A stretch of DNA of 64,000 nucleotides from Magnetococcales bacterium (GTDB lineage: Bacteria; Pseudomonadota; Magnetococcia; Magnetococcales; UBA8363). Under the pieces are notes generated by a model, which was not told the origin of the DNA, ran no database searches, and was given only the letters and a program-made list of their open reading frames with translations. Of the stretch, positions 29,923 through 41,056 are shown piece after piece; the first letter of the stretch is position 1, and each line of letters begins with the position of its first letter. Both the position numbers and the translations under genes were made by a program. The stretch is from contig JADGCQ010000005.1 in the NCBI GenBank assembly GCA_015228925.1, forward strand, positions 3,394-67,393. The letters are read 5' to 3'.

Positions 29923-30669
29923 ATGAGACCGATCATCCCCCTTGAAGAACGGATTATTTTTGCCCTGGATGTAGACAGCCCCGACGATGCTAGGCGATGG
30001 ATGGATCGCCTGGGAGGGCATGTTGGTTTCTACAAGATCGGTTTGCAACTGTTTTTGGCTGGCGGCCTTGGATTGATCGAAGAATTGGCCCTCCGTGGCC
30101 ATAAGGTGATGGTAGACCTTAAGCTGTTTGATATCGACAAAACGGTGGAGTTGGCGATTCGTGAATTGGCCAAACATCCCATCGCTTATACGACGGTGCA
30201 TGGTCCAGAATCCATCATACGGGCCGCCGTCGCAGCACGGGGAAACATGCGCATCCTCGCAGTCACGGTACTCACATCCTTCGACCGCCATGATCTGGAA
30301 GATCTTGGACTGGTAGGGGTCGATGTGGAACAGGTGGTATTGAGCCGGGCAAAACGGGCCATGGCGGCAGGTTGTGACGGCGTCGTGGCTTCTGGATTGG
30401 AAGTCGCCAAAATGCGACAGCAGGTTGGCGATGGATTTTTGATCGTCACACCGGGCATTCGTCCTGGTTCCTTTGCTGATCGCGATGGCGGCGATGAACA
30501 AAAACGGGCAACCACCGCACGGGCTGCCATCCTGGCAGGGGCCGATCACGTCGTGGTAGGACGACCCATCAAAAACGCCGCTGACCCCCTGGCAGTGGTA
30601 AAAACGCTGCAACAAGAGATTCTAGCAGGACTGCAAGGGGGCGGTTCTCCCAACCTTACCCTCCCTTGA
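29923..30669 (+). CDS. pyrF: Orotidine 5'-phosphate decarboxylase
   Basis: IFALDV...FYKIGLQLF...DLKLFDIDKTV...TPGIR motifs. Confidence 0.9.
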   Translation: MRPIIPLEERIIFALDVDSPDDARRWMDRLGGHVGFYKIGLQLFLAGGLGLIEELALRGHKVMVDLKLFDIDKTVELAIRELAKHPIAYTTVHGPESIIRAAVAARGNMRILAVTVLTSFDRHDLEDLGLVGVDVEQVVLSRAKRAMAAGCDGVVASGLEVAKMRQQVGDGFLIVTPGIRPGSFADRDGGDEQKRATTARAAILAGADHVVVGRPIKNAADPLAVVKTLQQEILAGLQGGGSPNLTLP

Positions 30670-33600
30670 ACCTTTCACCCAAATAAATTTCAGTATGCAG
30701 CGCAGACTCCTGGAGTTCATCCATGAGGGGAGCGATAGTATCGGTATTCCCCGTTTTTGCCATCTTTTCCAAACGCTGACACAGATCAGCCAGCCGCAAC
30801 GCCCCAAGAGTGCGCGCCCCACCTTTCAGCCGATGGGCATTGTTGGCCAAAGTCACAGGGTCTTCGGAAGATGCAAGAATGTCGCGAATACGTTCTGGCA
30901 AAACGTGCAAAAACGTCTTGATAATCAGTCCAATCTCATCCCCAACCTCACTTTGAAGACGCGATAATTCCTCAGGATCAACAATGGGCAACAATGCAGC
31001 ATCCTTTTCCATGGCCACCGCAACAGGCTGAGAAGATCCCTCTGGAATCACAACCGGGGGACTCTGCTGTGACCGAGCCTGGCTCACTTTGGTCCCCCAA
31101 AGGTTCAGTATCCGAATCAGATCCCGTGATCGGAAAGGCTTGGCGATGTAATCATCCAATCCCGCAGCCAAACATTTTTCCCGATCACCCGACATGGCAT
31201 CGGCAGTGATGGCAATAATGGGAATATGGGGATGATTGGGTTCCAAACCCTCCTGTTGACGAATGTGAGCAGTAGCGGTAAACCCATCCATTTCCGGCAT
31301 ATGCATATCCATGAGAATCAGATCATAAGGAAAAGCCGCCGCCATCTCCACCGCCTTACGACCGTGTTCCGCCCAATGGGCATGGCATCCCAATCGCCCC
31401 AACATTCCCATGATCACGTCACGATTGACCTCAAAATCCTCCGCCACGAGGATGCGCAGGCCAGAAAAATTATGATTTTGCAAATGGGTTTCAGAAATAT
31501 GCCTTTTTTCCTGATCTTTACTCGCGGCCCCTGCGTGTACGGTGTGATCCAATTCCAAAGTCACTTCAAACCAAAACGTACTCCCCTGACCCGGAACACT
31601 GTCCAACCCAACCTTACCCCCCATCAATTCCACCAGTTTACGCACAATGGACAGCCCCAAACCACTGCCACCATAGCGTCGCGTCGTCGTACCATCAGCC
31701 TGGACAAACGGTTGGAATAACCGTTTTTGCGCCTCGCCATCGATGCCGATGCCGGTATCGGTCACCTCAAAACGGAAAAGGTTTCCCACCGGTGATTCGG
31801 ACAAACAGATGATATGCAACAATACCCCACCGTCATGGGTGAATTTGACCGCGTTACCAGCAAGGTTAATCATGATCTGGCGTAACCGGACCGGATCACC
31901 CAATACCGATGTATTCATCGCCTCTGGGGTCAGCTTGATGGATAACGGCAATGATTTACTGTGGGCCAACGGTGAAAAAACATCGGCAACATCAGCCAAT
32001 AATTCCTTCAAATCAAAAGATATATGTTCCAGTACAATCTGGCTGGTCTCAATTTTTGAAAAATCCAAAATATCGTTGAGCAAATTGAGCAACGATTCCC
32101 CAGAACGATAAACTGTTTGTGCATAGTGATATTGTTGTTGATTCAGAGGACCATCCAACAATAACTCCACCATTCCCAGAATACCATTCATCGGAGTACG
32201 AATTTCATGGCTCATGGTCGCCAGAAATTCACTCTTGGCCCGACTGGCGGCATCCGCTTTTTGCCTAGCTTCCCGTAACGCCGCATCGTAAACCTTTTTT
32301 TCGGTAATATCCTCTTTGATTGCCAAATAATGCTGAATCTTACCCTTATCGTTGAATATGGGTGCTATCAACGTCGATTCCCAGAAGGAATCACCGCTTT
32401 TCTTCCGATTCAGCAACTCCCCCCGCCAGGTGTTACCCGATGCAATGGTTTGCCACATGTCGGAATACACCAACTCTGGCGTTAATTCAGTTTTCAACAT
32501 TCTTGGATTATTGCCAATCACTTCGTGTTGCGCATAGCCAGTCACACGGCAAAATTGCGGATTGACATACTCGATCACCCCTCTAGGATCGGTAATCACT
32601 GTCGTGACGGGACTTTGCTCCACCGCCAGCCAAAAACGGTTCCGTTCGTTTTCAATCTGTTTTTTATCGGTAATATCCTGCTGAATGGCGATAAAATACC
32701 GAATTTTACCCGACTCGTCGCACACCGGCGTGATCACCGATTCTTGAATATACAGTGCGCCATCTTTTTTCTTGTTGACGACTTCATGATGCCAGACTTC
32801 TCCAGCAAGGATCGTATCCCACATCGATTTATAGAATGCCGAATCGTGTTCCCCCGATTTGAGGATGCTGGTTTTTTGGCCAATCACCTCCTCGGCGGGA
32901 AACCCGGTCAATTTCGTAAAGGCAGGATTAATCCACTGGATAACCGATTGCACATCGGTAATGACAATGGGGTTGGCTGCCGCTTCCAAGGCCGCCGCTT
33001 GGAGTCGGAGCTTTCCCTCATCGGCTTTTTTCTGGGAGATATCCCGCAAGAAAGCGGTGAAGAACACATCTTCTGCGATGGAAACAACCGTAATGGCCAA
33101 TTCAATGTCCAAGCGGCGACCATCCTTGTGCATGGCGGGCAATTCGACACGACGGCTGAGAAAATGGCTCTGTCCCGATGAGAAATAGCGTCTGATTGCC
33201 GCGTCGTGTTTATCGCGCAGCTCATGCGGGATGATGGAGTCGGAGAATCTGGTTCCCATCATTTCCTGGCGGGAAAACCCAAAAGTGGTCTCCGCCGCCC
33301 GGTTATACTCCAGGACCATGCCGTCTTGATCGATGCTGATGATGGCATCCATGGCGGTATCGAGGATGGCACTGTACCTGGCCTCACTCTTTCGGAGACT
33401 GCTGACGGAACAGGCAATCGTCTGATCAACAGCCATCAAACGACGATTGAATACGATGATCATGAAAGCGGTAACACTCAGGATAGCCAACGTGATCAAC
33501 AATAAATTTTTCCCCTGGACGGAATCGAATTGCGTATCATCCGCAATAATACCAATCCACCCCAAGGCAACACCGGAATGATCCTGAAGATTGATTTTTT

Positions 33601-34417
33601 CGAAATGTTCATGCTCTTCCAGCCAATAGAGCAACGACTCATTCGCCTGGGGAGAAAACGTACTCTCGCCCCCCAAAAAATCATCATCAAGCCAAGCTGG
33701 AATGGATAAATGCGACATCGGCATCATGACGACATCGGCAAACCGGTTCCATGGCACATCCAACGATTTTATCTTGGCCAATCGTTCCCATTGTTCCTTG
33801 ATGATCCATTTTTTCTCGATAAAGACAAGAAATCTGGCCTGGAACTCCTGTTCAAGTGATTGAAGCAGCGAATGGATTGCCAGATCCACTGCGACATACC
33901 CCATGAGTTTGCCCATGGGGTCCCGCCATGGCACGACAACACACAACAGCAAATCCCCCGATGACGTCACTCTCAACCCCTGGGAGCGGACACCCGTTTT
34001 CTCACTGTTTAAAAGAATCTCATGCGCCAGCAAATCGTCAAACGCTTCCGAACGGTGGACCCGTAAAAGGACATGTCGATCCGGGTTCAGAAAAGATAAT
34101 CCGACAATTCCCTGAAATTTCTCAAATTGTCGGTAGAAAGGGAGAACCTGTTGCAACAGTTGCCCACGATCTCTTGCGACAAAAGCCTGGGATAGATCCT
34201 CTTGCATTTGAAGGATTGCGACCAGCCCCTCCAATTGGTGCCCCGCCTCCTGCTGCATCCCCTGCAACCGCAATGATGAAATCGATTGGACCTCCTGAAG
34301 AAAAACATTTTCCAAAGTTCGGTGCATCCATTGGACAGCAACACCGACAATGACCACCAACAAAATAATGGCAGCAACGAACGTCATGAGAATGGGTTTT
34401 CGAATGGATGCGATCAT
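30656..34417 (-). CDS. Hybrid sensor histidine kinase: periplasmic domain, multiple PAS, HisKA, HATPase_c, REC, HPt
   Basis: [33 protein letters not shown] segment [10 protein letters not shown]...[14 protein letters not shown]. HPt segment [15 protein letters not shown]. Start tentatively at MIASIRKP (34417); the ORF is open up to 34537. Confidence 0.85.
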   Translation of the reverse strand: MIASIRKPILMTFVAAIILLVVIVGVAVQWMHRTLENVFLQEVQSISSLRLQGMQQEAGHQLEGLVAILQMQEDLSQAFVARDRGQLLQQVLPFYRQFEKFQGIVGLSFLNPDRHVLLRVHRSEAFDDLLAHEILLNSEKTGVRSQGLRVTSSGDLLLCVVVPWRDPMGKLMGYVAVDLAIHSLLQSLEQEFQARFLVFIEKKWIIKEQWERLAKIKSLDVPWNRFADVVMMPMSHLSIPAWLDDDFLGGESTFSPQANESLLYWLEEHEHFEKINLQDHSGVALGWIGIIADDTQFDSVQGKNLLLITLAILSVTAFMIIVFNRRLMAVDQTIACSVSSLRKSEARYSAILDTAMDAIISIDQDGMVLEYNRAAETTFGFSRQEMMGTRFSDSIIPHELRDKHDAAIRRYFSSGQSHFLSRRVELPAMHKDGRRLDIELAITVVSIAEDVFFTAFLRDISQKKADEGKLRLQAAALEAAANPIVITDVQSVIQWINPAFTKLTGFPAEEVIGQKTSILKSGEHDSAFYKSMWDTILAGEVWHHEVVNKKKDGALYIQESVITPVCDESGKIRYFIAIQQDITDKKQIENERNRFWLAVEQSPVTTVITDPRGVIEYVNPQFCRVTGYAQHEVIGNNPRMLKTELTPELVYSDMWQTIASGNTWRGELLNRKKSGDSFWESTLIAPIFNDKGKIQHYLAIKEDITEKKVYDAALREARQKADAASRAKSEFLATMSHEIRTPMNGILGMVELLLDGPLNQQQYHYAQTVYRSGESLLNLLNDILDFSKIETSQIVLEHISFDLKELLADVADVFSPLAHSKSLPLSIKLTPEAMNTSVLGDPVRLRQIMINLAGNAVKFTHDGGVLLHIICLSESPVGNLFRFEVTDTGIGIDGEAQKRLFQPFVQADGTTTRRYGGSGLGLSIVRKLVELMGGKVGLDSVPGQGSTFWFEVTLELDHTVHAGAASKDQEKRHISETHLQNHNFSGLRILVAEDFEVNRDVIMGMLGRLGCHAHWAEHGRKAVEMAAAFPYDLILMDMHMPEMDGFTATAHIRQQEGLEPNHPHIPIIAITADAMSGDREKCLAAGLDDYIAKPFRSRDLIRILNLWGTKVSQARSQQSPPVVIPEGSSQPVAVAMEKDAALLPIVDPEELSRLQSEVGDEIGLIIKTFLHVLPERIRDILASSEDPVTLANNAHRLKGGARTLGALRLADLCQRLEKMAKTGNTDTIAPLMDELQESALHTEIYLGERFKGG

Positions 34418-34541
34418 ACGCACAGGGTAGCAGTCCTCCACAATAATAGAAAGAACTCTCTCCTCCTTGCGGGTGGAGTGACTCATAGGGCATAATACCG
34501 ATGGGGAGGGGAATGTTCTTATAGAGAAAGGAAACACCCCC

Positions 34542-35504
34542 TTGAAATATATTCATAAATGGGTCGTTTTGTGCGTGGGCTTGGTCGTGCTGACCTGTAC
34601 GGGAATGGCTTTCCTGGTCACGATTTATACCAGTAAGACGGTGCTGTCCGAGGTCAAAGAGCGTTTTCGTGATCGCGCTACCAATAGAATGCTGGCTGTG
34701 GACAGCTTTCTACACTATAACCTTACCAATGTTCAGGTCATCGCCGGTGATCCGTTATTGTGTACCCCAGAACCATCGACGCAACAAATAGCCTCCCGCC
34801 TGATCACCTACCGCAATCTGTTCAAAGTTTATCTGAGTCTGAGCTATTTTAACCCAGATGGCATCGGAATCGCCGATACGTCGGGCCTGGGCATTGGGCA
34901 ACCCGTGGATCCTGGATCCCCCCCCGGAAAACACTGGTCCCAAATCCTGGAGAGAACCTTTACCCACGGCGTTGGTCATTCCTCCCTTTTAAATGCCGAC
35001 ATCATCACCATCGCCCAACCCGTGCAATGCGGTGATGAACCGCATATACGCGGCGTGGTCGTCGCCAGAGTCAACGTATGGCGGCTACACTCTCTGTTTC
35101 CCATGGCACCGCCCGGACAGGAAGAAAAACCCGATCCATCCGTCCAAATTGACCTGATCGATGGAGAAGGGATCTTGCTCTATTCCAACCATGACCGGGC
35201 GGGTATCATGCAACCCTTTGCTTCACGCCAAGCCTATCATCCAGAAAACAAATACCTTGATCGCGCCTTGCCCTGGCTGGAAAAAAATGCCGTCCGTTCC
35301 GGCGACCGTTATCTCGTATTCCTCGCACAAAGCACAGGAACGATCGATTTCAAGGGGAGCAACTGGCTCCTACAGCTTTCCATCCCCAGGGATACCGCTT
35401 TGGAGCCGGTCTATGAACTGCGCCGTCGTCTCATCGTGATCTCCCTGATGCTCACAGTCCTGGCCGCACTCATCATCATGTTTTTCACCCGTCGATGGTC
35501 CTGA
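34542..35504 (+). CDS. Membrane protein made only of TM, periplasmic Cache-like sensor domain and TM, with no output domain
   Basis: N-terminal and C-terminal hydrophobic helices flank about 270 aa. The protein ends 6 aa after the second TM. TTG start per the ORF track. Confidence 0.55.
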   Translation: MKYIHKWVVLCVGLVVLTCTGMAFLVTIYTSKTVLSEVKERFRDRATNRMLAVDSFLHYNLTNVQVIAGDPLLCTPEPSTQQIASRLITYRNLFKVYLSLSYFNPDGIGIADTSGLGIGQPVDPGSPPGKHWSQILERTFTHGVGHSSLLNADIITIAQPVQCGDEPHIRGVVVARVNVWRLHSLFPMAPPGQEEKPDPSVQIDLIDGEGILLYSNHDRAGIMQPFASRQAYHPENKYLDRALPWLEKNAVRSGDRYLVFLAQSTGTIDFKGSNWLLQLSIPRDTALEPVYELRRRLIVISLMLTVLAALIIMFFTRRWS

Positions 35505-35600
35505 CCCATGGGTCGGACCGGAGATTGGAACAAAATATTCTCGACAAAACAGGATGCTATCGATATATTTGAATGACATTCGTAGCACAGGAGAATAACC

Positions 35601-35828
35601 ATGACCCTCGTCGATATACAAGAAGCAAACGGTCACCTCGTCGAATTGATCAAAAAAGCACTGTCGGGAGAGGATGTGATACTCTCGGAAGGCGATAAAC
35701 CACTGGCAAGGCTCGTCCCGCTGACCGCACGCAAACCTTCCAGACAACCGGGAAGTGCCAAGGGGGATATTTTATATGTCGCGCCCGATTTTGATGCGCC
35801 GCTGGAGGACTTCAAGGACTACATGTGA
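35601..35828 (+). CDS. Phd/YefM-family antitoxin
   Basis: 75 aa. MTLVDIQEANGHLVELIKKALSGEDVILSEGDKPLARLVPL. It overlaps the PIN gene by 4 nt. Confidence 0.8.
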   Translation: MTLVDIQEANGHLVELIKKALSGEDVILSEGDKPLARLVPLTARKPSRQPGSAKGDILYVAPDFDAPLEDFKDYM

Positions 35829-36214
35829 TGAAGATCGTGATGGATACCCATGTGTTTCTCTGGTGGATCTGGAACAGTGAAAGTCTTTCGAACAAAAGTC
35901 GGGAGATTCTTCTGGACGAGGATTGCGAATGTTACCTGAGCGTGGCAAGCATGTGGGAGTTGTCCATCAAGGTTGGATTAGGCAAACTCACTCTGGCCAA
36001 ACCATTGGACCGTTTCCTCTCCGATCATATGGCGAACAACGGGTTTTGTCGTCTGGATATTACCCTTCCACATGTGGCTGGCGTCTCAACCCTGCCCTTT
36101 CATCATCGGGATCCCTTTGACCGCCTGCTTATCTCGCAAGCCATGTTGGAAAGGATGCCAATTCTGGGGGCCGACAAAATCTTTGATGCCTATGGCGTGG
36201 AACGGCTATGGTAG
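35825..36214 (+). CDS. vapC: PIN-domain toxin VapC
   Basis: The IVMDTHVFLWW start and conserved acidic residues match PIN. The gene overlaps the upstream antitoxin gene. Confidence 0.85.
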   Translation: MMKIVMDTHVFLWWIWNSESLSNKSREILLDEDCECYLSVASMWELSIKVGLGKLTLAKPLDRFLSDHMANNGFCRLDITLPHVAGVSTLPFHHRDPFDRLLISQAMLERMPILGADKIFDAYGVERLW

Positions 36215-36409
36215 ATTCGGCAGACCATCCCCCCGGGCGAAGCGACAGATTTCCATCCCCAGAGATACCGTGATCGTTCGCTCTTTATTATATGCGCAAC
36301 TTTTTTGTTGTTTCCTTGAGGTTTCCAATGTATTCTGCTGGTGGATTGCGCTAGGTTCCTTGAGGACTGGTGCGGTTTCTGGGCGTCTCTTGCGGGCAAA
36401 GGAGGTTCC

Positions 36410-36610
36410 ATGAAAACTCGTGTTCAGAATGTTCTCAAAGGTGTGGGCAGTGTATTTTGCCTGTGGCCGGTGACGGACTATACCCGCTTTGTTCCGGCCT
36501 CCCCGGAAGAATTGATTTCCAAAGCTTGGTCCACGACTGGCCACGCACTCGGAAAAGCAATGGGCCAATTTGAAAATGAACAAAAGGCAGCACCGAAAAA
36601 GAACTCCTGA
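36410..36610 (+). CDS. Small hypothetical protein (66 aa)
   Basis: ATG 36410 is preceded by a strong SD (aaggagg). No domain was recognised. Confidence 0.5.
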   Translation: MKTRVQNVLKGVGSVFCLWPVTDYTRFVPASPEELISKAWSTTGHALGKAMGQFENEQKAAPKKNS

Positions 36611-37034
36611 CCGCGATCTTTCCCAAAGTGATCGGCACATAACCCGGTCACCCTCGCCGCAGGTCCAAGCGGTCGTGCATCACAGCCGCTTTGAAGGGCC
36701 TCTGCCGCATCCATTGATCATGGAGGGGTATGACAAAGTGATCCCCGGGGCGGCTGAGCGCATCCTCCACATGGCTGAAGAATCTGTCGCATTCCAACAA
36801 AAAATTTCCATGGCGGCCCTGTCGGCCCAATCCAACGACACCCGAAGGGGCCAATGGTTTGCCTTCCTGGTAGCACTGTGTGCCCTCATCACGGGCGGGG
36901 TTGCCATCTTAACTGGAAACCCTGTTGCAGGAGCGACCATCATATCCACAACATTGGCCGGAGGTGTTGGAACATTTGTATTCGTCAGAAGAAAAAGCGA
37001 AACATCACCCACATCGGACCATGAACATCTCTGA
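36570..37034 (+). CDS. DUF2335-family membrane protein
   Basis: FEGPLPHPLIMEGYDKVIPGAAERILHMAEE followed by two TM helices, the typical DUF2335 layout. The exact start is uncertain. Confidence 0.65.
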   Translation: MKMNKRQHRKRTPDRDLSQSDRHITRSPSPQVQAVVHHSRFEGPLPHPLIMEGYDKVIPGAAERILHMAEESVAFQQKISMAALSAQSNDTRRGQWFAFLVALCALITGGVAILTGNPVAGATIISTTLAGGVGTFVFVRRKSETSPTSDHEHL

Positions 37035-37048
37035 CACAAGACAGATCC

Positions 37049-40000
37049 TCAATAATCCCTATTCCACATAATACCAATGTCGGTGTTGGACTTGGCATCG
37101 ACACCCGTTTGCAGGGAAATCTCCGGCGTCAGGTCATATTCAAGATTGATGCGGTCCGAGTCGGCCTTCATCCCCTTTTGCACTTCCAGATACATCTTGT
37201 CCGAAAGATGTTTCCCGGCGTTGATGGTACCAGTCTGCATGGAATCCCCATTGAAATCCAATTGATCTACCCCCAGACTTTGCCCAATTTCCTCCACAAT
37301 CCCCATTTCACCGCTACGCAGGGATTGCACCGTGGACGCCAGCTTGATCGCCTGCGCCGGTGTGATGTCATCTACCGATCGGCCAAATAACAGATTGGCC
37401 AAAACCTCATCTTCAGGCATGGATGGAACACTGGAAAACCTCAACCGTGGACTTGTGACCGACCCCTCCAGATTGGCGGTCACCTCCAGGTCGTGACTCT
37501 TGGTCACCGCTTCGACATCCATGGTTGGATTGGGGGGATATTGCCCGGAAAACCGAATGATCCCTTTATTTAACGCATAACGCCGATTCAAAAAATTCAA
37601 ATATCCGCGCCGTACCTCAAGCTTCCCGCCAATACGCGGTTCCCCAAAAGACCCCTGTACATGCAAATTTCCTTGCCATTGGGAATCCAATCCACGACCA
37701 CGAACAAACGTCTGACCGGGAAAGGCAATTTGAATGTCCAAACGAGAATCCTTGTCCCTTGAGACGGCCTGTCCAACCGGCATCGTTTGGCCTGCTTCCC
37801 GGAAGTCAACAACGCGCAGTTGTGTTCTGCCGTGTAAATCTTTCAATTGATAATGGGCACGGTTGACTGTCAACGTCCCCCGAAGATCCATGGCCGCCGC
37901 AGTCCCATCCAAGGACAGGGTACCACTCAGATTGGCGTTGGCATCCTCGCGGTGTAACACCTTGGCCTTATCCAACACCAGGGTACCATGAAAAGGAAAG
38001 TGTTGTGCAGAGTCCAACATCCATTGACCCTGAGCATGAATCTGACCGGTCCCCCCATCCGATGCGGTCATGCTGTCGATAGTGACCTGATTGTCGCTGG
38101 CCCTGGCCCGCAATTGGATCTTTCGGAACACCATGCCAAGGTCAGCATTTTCATAATCCCCCTCCGCCATCGTCAAAGTACCCGCAAGGCGTGGCGTTTC
38201 AAGAGAACCCGTCGCCGCAAGCAATGCCTGTATCTTTCCCCGAACGCGGTGATCCTCCCCCAAACCCAACCACAGTGCCAGATCGGCTAGGTTGACCATC
38301 CCCTCCATGGAGATATTCAGCGGATCCTGCGGCACAAGTCGGGCCGTTAAGGGCGCGGCACTCAAGAGCATAGGGACCGTTCCCGTCACCTGCGCCGGTG
38401 ACGTTCCCAAACCGGATACCGTCACCGCAATCCGAGCATTTTTTCCTTTCTCAACACGCAACCGTCCCGAAAGATCCAGTGGCGGCAATGACGCCAAACG
38501 GCTATCCTGATGTTTCAACCGTGTTGCCCGCAGGGTCATCACCAGTTCGGGGGCGGCAGCAGAACCGGTCATCGCTCCGGTTAACGCAACATCGCCACCC
38601 ACGGGCAACCATTCCAATCGATTGAATGCCGCCAATCGGCCCTGAAAGCGCAGTTGGCCATCCACACGGCCATTCTTCTGTTCATAAGTGCCACGCAAAC
38701 GGGATTGGGCCAAAGTGACATCCAAATCGCCAACGGATAATCGCCCTGCCGTTGCCGTAATCACCCAGGGTTTTTGTAAATGCAGCGGTTCACGATCCAA
38801 CAGACCGTCAAAACTTGCCAAGCGCATGCGGACACCATCGCCAACGACCATCCATTCACCTTGGCTATTCCAAGAAAACGGTTTTTTCATGGCCCGTCCC
38901 GTTCCCGAAAGCGAAAAAAGAATTTTTTCCTGATCGCCATTTCCACGCCAATCGATCGTCTTGAACACAATTCCCGATGATTCCAGATCATTGGCCAGCA
39001 CATGTGCCGTCACCCCCCCCTCACGAATATCCACCGGAGCGTCCCACGTCACCTTGCCTTGGCGCAAGATACCAAACGGCCCTCGAAGTCCCGCTATCTG
39101 CAACGTCCCTTGACCCCGCCCTTTCGCCACATCGAGATGCCCCTCAATCCGACCGTCCCATGCCTGACCATGCCATGGTTTCAGGGCCGACAACGATTCG
39201 ATGGTCACATCCAACCGCCCCTGGGGCAAAAAACTGGATAACGATATTTTCATCTCGCCAGTGATTTTCGATTTTGGCCCTGTGACCACGAGATGATCCC
39301 ATTGCAGGGTATCTTTATCGCGCAACCATGTGATTCCGCTCTCCAAGGTTAATTTTTCCTTTTTCGCCCGCACACTGGCACGTACATGTCCCTGGGGGGC
39401 GGAAACCAAATTTTTTCCGCGCAAAGTTCCATCCATAGATTCCACGTCGATGCCGGGAATTTGTATGCGGTCACCACGAATCTCCAGATCAACCCATGGA
39501 TCCAACCACGGCCCACCGGCTTTGGCAAGAATCTGCAACCGACCCGCAATCTCACGATCCACAACCTGAGACAAGGGGGCCAAACGCCTCACCTTGGCTC
39601 GTAACAAAGAAGAAAAAGTTCCCCGTTCCAGATCCACATCCCCATGAGCAGCCCCCTCCAGATCGGTCCCCTCCAGATGGGCGGCACGAAACACCACATC
39701 TCCCGTGGGATTCAGGATGCCGTTGACCACAATCCGAGGATGATCCCCCAGCAGCGGTGAAAGAACATCCCCCAAACCCGTCAATTCCCGCCCCTTAGCG
39801 CGAAGGCGGAAATCAACAACCTTTCCCCCCTGCATGACATCCGCCACCCCCGAAAGTGTCAAGTCACCGGCAAGACCCAGGTGACGGGTCTCCGGCAGAC
39901 GTGACGGATCAATCGGGTCTGTCTGAAATTCCATCCGCCCGGAGGCGGCAGTCTGGTTCCACACACCCAAAAGGTTGATACCCCGCCCCTGAGCATCGGC

Positions 40001-40915
40001 CAGATGACAGTGTTTGATACGCCAAGTATCGGCCTCCAAAACCAGATTGGCAGACACCTTAGGGTGATCCGACAGGAAATTTTCCGGGAGATGATCCATT
40101 TTTATCTGGTTGGCCGTCCCGTTCAGAAAGAATTCCCAACCCATGCGTCCTTCAAGGGGCGGCTCCACCTGCAACCGAAGCTGAAGCCCTTCCATGGTGT
40201 TGTTGGCGACGGTCATGGCAGGACTGTGCGTTTGAATGATCGCCTGGGGTGAATGGGAAGTCCCTGAAAGTGTCGCTGTCAACGCCAAGGATCCTGTCAG
40301 GGGAACCCCCGCCAGATGAGACAAGGGCGCGAGAGTGGGTAATTGAACCTGGATTTCTCCCAACAGTTGACCGTCACCCAGACCGATGGTCCCATGGACA
40401 TTCAATTCCACCCCTCCAGCCACCAGATCCTCTCCTAAAACCAGAGATTTTATCTCCAATTTTCGGATGATCCATGGCCAAAGGGGAAAAGAATTCGGTG
40501 TATTGACCGCAGCGGGGTCTTTCTTGGGGAGGCGATGCACCACCACATTTTCGACTTCCAAACGCCGGGTATCCAAGCGTCCCGCAAGCACCCCCTCGGG
40601 CAATCCATCCCATTGCACCCCCGAAACCTCAAGCCAGGGGCCATCAGCATCCGATAGAACCCATTTTTCCAGGGAAATTTGGAATGGCCATGCCCCCCCC
40701 AGGCGGGTGATCTTCCCCCCAGGAGCCATGAACCGATTGATAACGGTCGTGATGGCATCCTGGAACACACCCCAACGCAGGCACAAGGCAAAACTACCCG
40801 ATACCATCAGGAAAACGATGGGAACTCCGACGATCCATCGCAACCATGGATGCCTGCTTCTTTGAGGCGTGGGGTGATTGGAGGGTTCTTGGAAGGATGC
40901 AGAGGCGTCTGTCAT
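37049..40915 (-). CDS. tamB: Translocation and assembly module protein TamB (DUF490 C-terminus)
   Basis: About 1290 aa. N-terminal signal anchor, a long beta-rich repetitive body, and a C-terminal DUF490-like region (...GKHLSDKMYLEVQKG...). Start chosen at MTDASAS; the ORF is open up to 41032. Confidence 0.75.
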   Translation of the reverse strand: MTDASASFQEPSNHPTPQRSRHPWLRWIVGVPIVFLMVSGSFALCLRWGVFQDAITTVINRFMAPGGKITRLGGAWPFQISLEKWVLSDADGPWLEVSGVQWDGLPEGVLAGRLDTRRLEVENVVVHRLPKKDPAAVNTPNSFPLWPWIIRKLEIKSLVLGEDLVAGGVELNVHGTIGLGDGQLLGEIQVQLPTLAPLSHLAGVPLTGSLALTATLSGTSHSPQAIIQTHSPAMTVANNTMEGLQLRLQVEPPLEGRMGWEFFLNGTANQIKMDHLPENFLSDHPKVSANLVLEADTWRIKHCHLADAQGRGINLLGVWNQTAASGRMEFQTDPIDPSRLPETRHLGLAGDLTLSGVADVMQGGKVVDFRLRAKGRELTGLGDVLSPLLGDHPRIVVNGILNPTGDVVFRAAHLEGTDLEGAAHGDVDLERGTFSSLLRAKVRRLAPLSQVVDREIAGRLQILAKAGGPWLDPWVDLEIRGDRIQIPGIDVESMDGTLRGKNLVSAPQGHVRASVRAKKEKLTLESGITWLRDKDTLQWDHLVVTGPKSKITGEMKISLSSFLPQGRLDVTIESLSALKPWHGQAWDGRIEGHLDVAKGRGQGTLQIAGLRGPFGILRQGKVTWDAPVDIREGGVTAHVLANDLESSGIVFKTIDWRGNGDQEKILFSLSGTGRAMKKPFSWNSQGEWMVVGDGVRMRLASFDGLLDREPLHLQKPWVITATAGRLSVGDLDVTLAQSRLRGTYEQKNGRVDGQLRFQGRLAAFNRLEWLPVGGDVALTGAMTGSAAAPELVMTLRATRLKHQDSRLASLPPLDLSGRLRVEKGKNARIAVTVSGLGTSPAQVTGTVPMLLSAAPLTARLVPQDPLNISMEGMVNLADLALWLGLGEDHRVRGKIQALLAATGSLETPRLAGTLTMAEGDYENADLGMVFRKIQLRARASDNQVTIDSMTASDGGTGQIHAQGQWMLDSAQHFPFHGTLVLDKAKVLHREDANANLSGTLSLDGTAAAMDLRGTLTVNRAHYQLKDLHGRTQLRVVDFREAGQTMPVGQAVSRDKDSRLDIQIAFPGQTFVRGRGLDSQWQGNLHVQGSFGEPRIGGKLEVRRGYLNFLNRRYALNKGIIRFSGQYPPNPTMDVEAVTKSHDLEVTANLEGSVTSPRLRFSSVPSMPEDEVLANLLFGRSVDDITPAQAIKLASTVQSLRSGEMGIVEEIGQSLGVDQLDFNGDSMQTGTINAGKHLSDKMYLEVQKGMKADSDRINLEYDLTPEISLQTGVDAKSNTDIGIMWNRDY

Positions 40916-41056
40916 AGGCTTCAAGACACTCCCGTAAAGGACGGCCACCCAGAGCGGTGGAAAATCATCCATGGGAGGCCCGAGGAAAAGGGCGATCAAA
41001 CAGTTTGAGTGATCCGCCCCAAACCCCTGCAATTTTTTTGATCAACAGATAGGATC

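Noticed and set aside
36570-36610. 41-nt overlap between the 66-aa ORF and the DUF2335 ORF, considered as a programmed frameshift site
   Set aside because: No slippery heptamer is evident. A later start for the DUF2335 gene or a simple overlap is the simpler explanation
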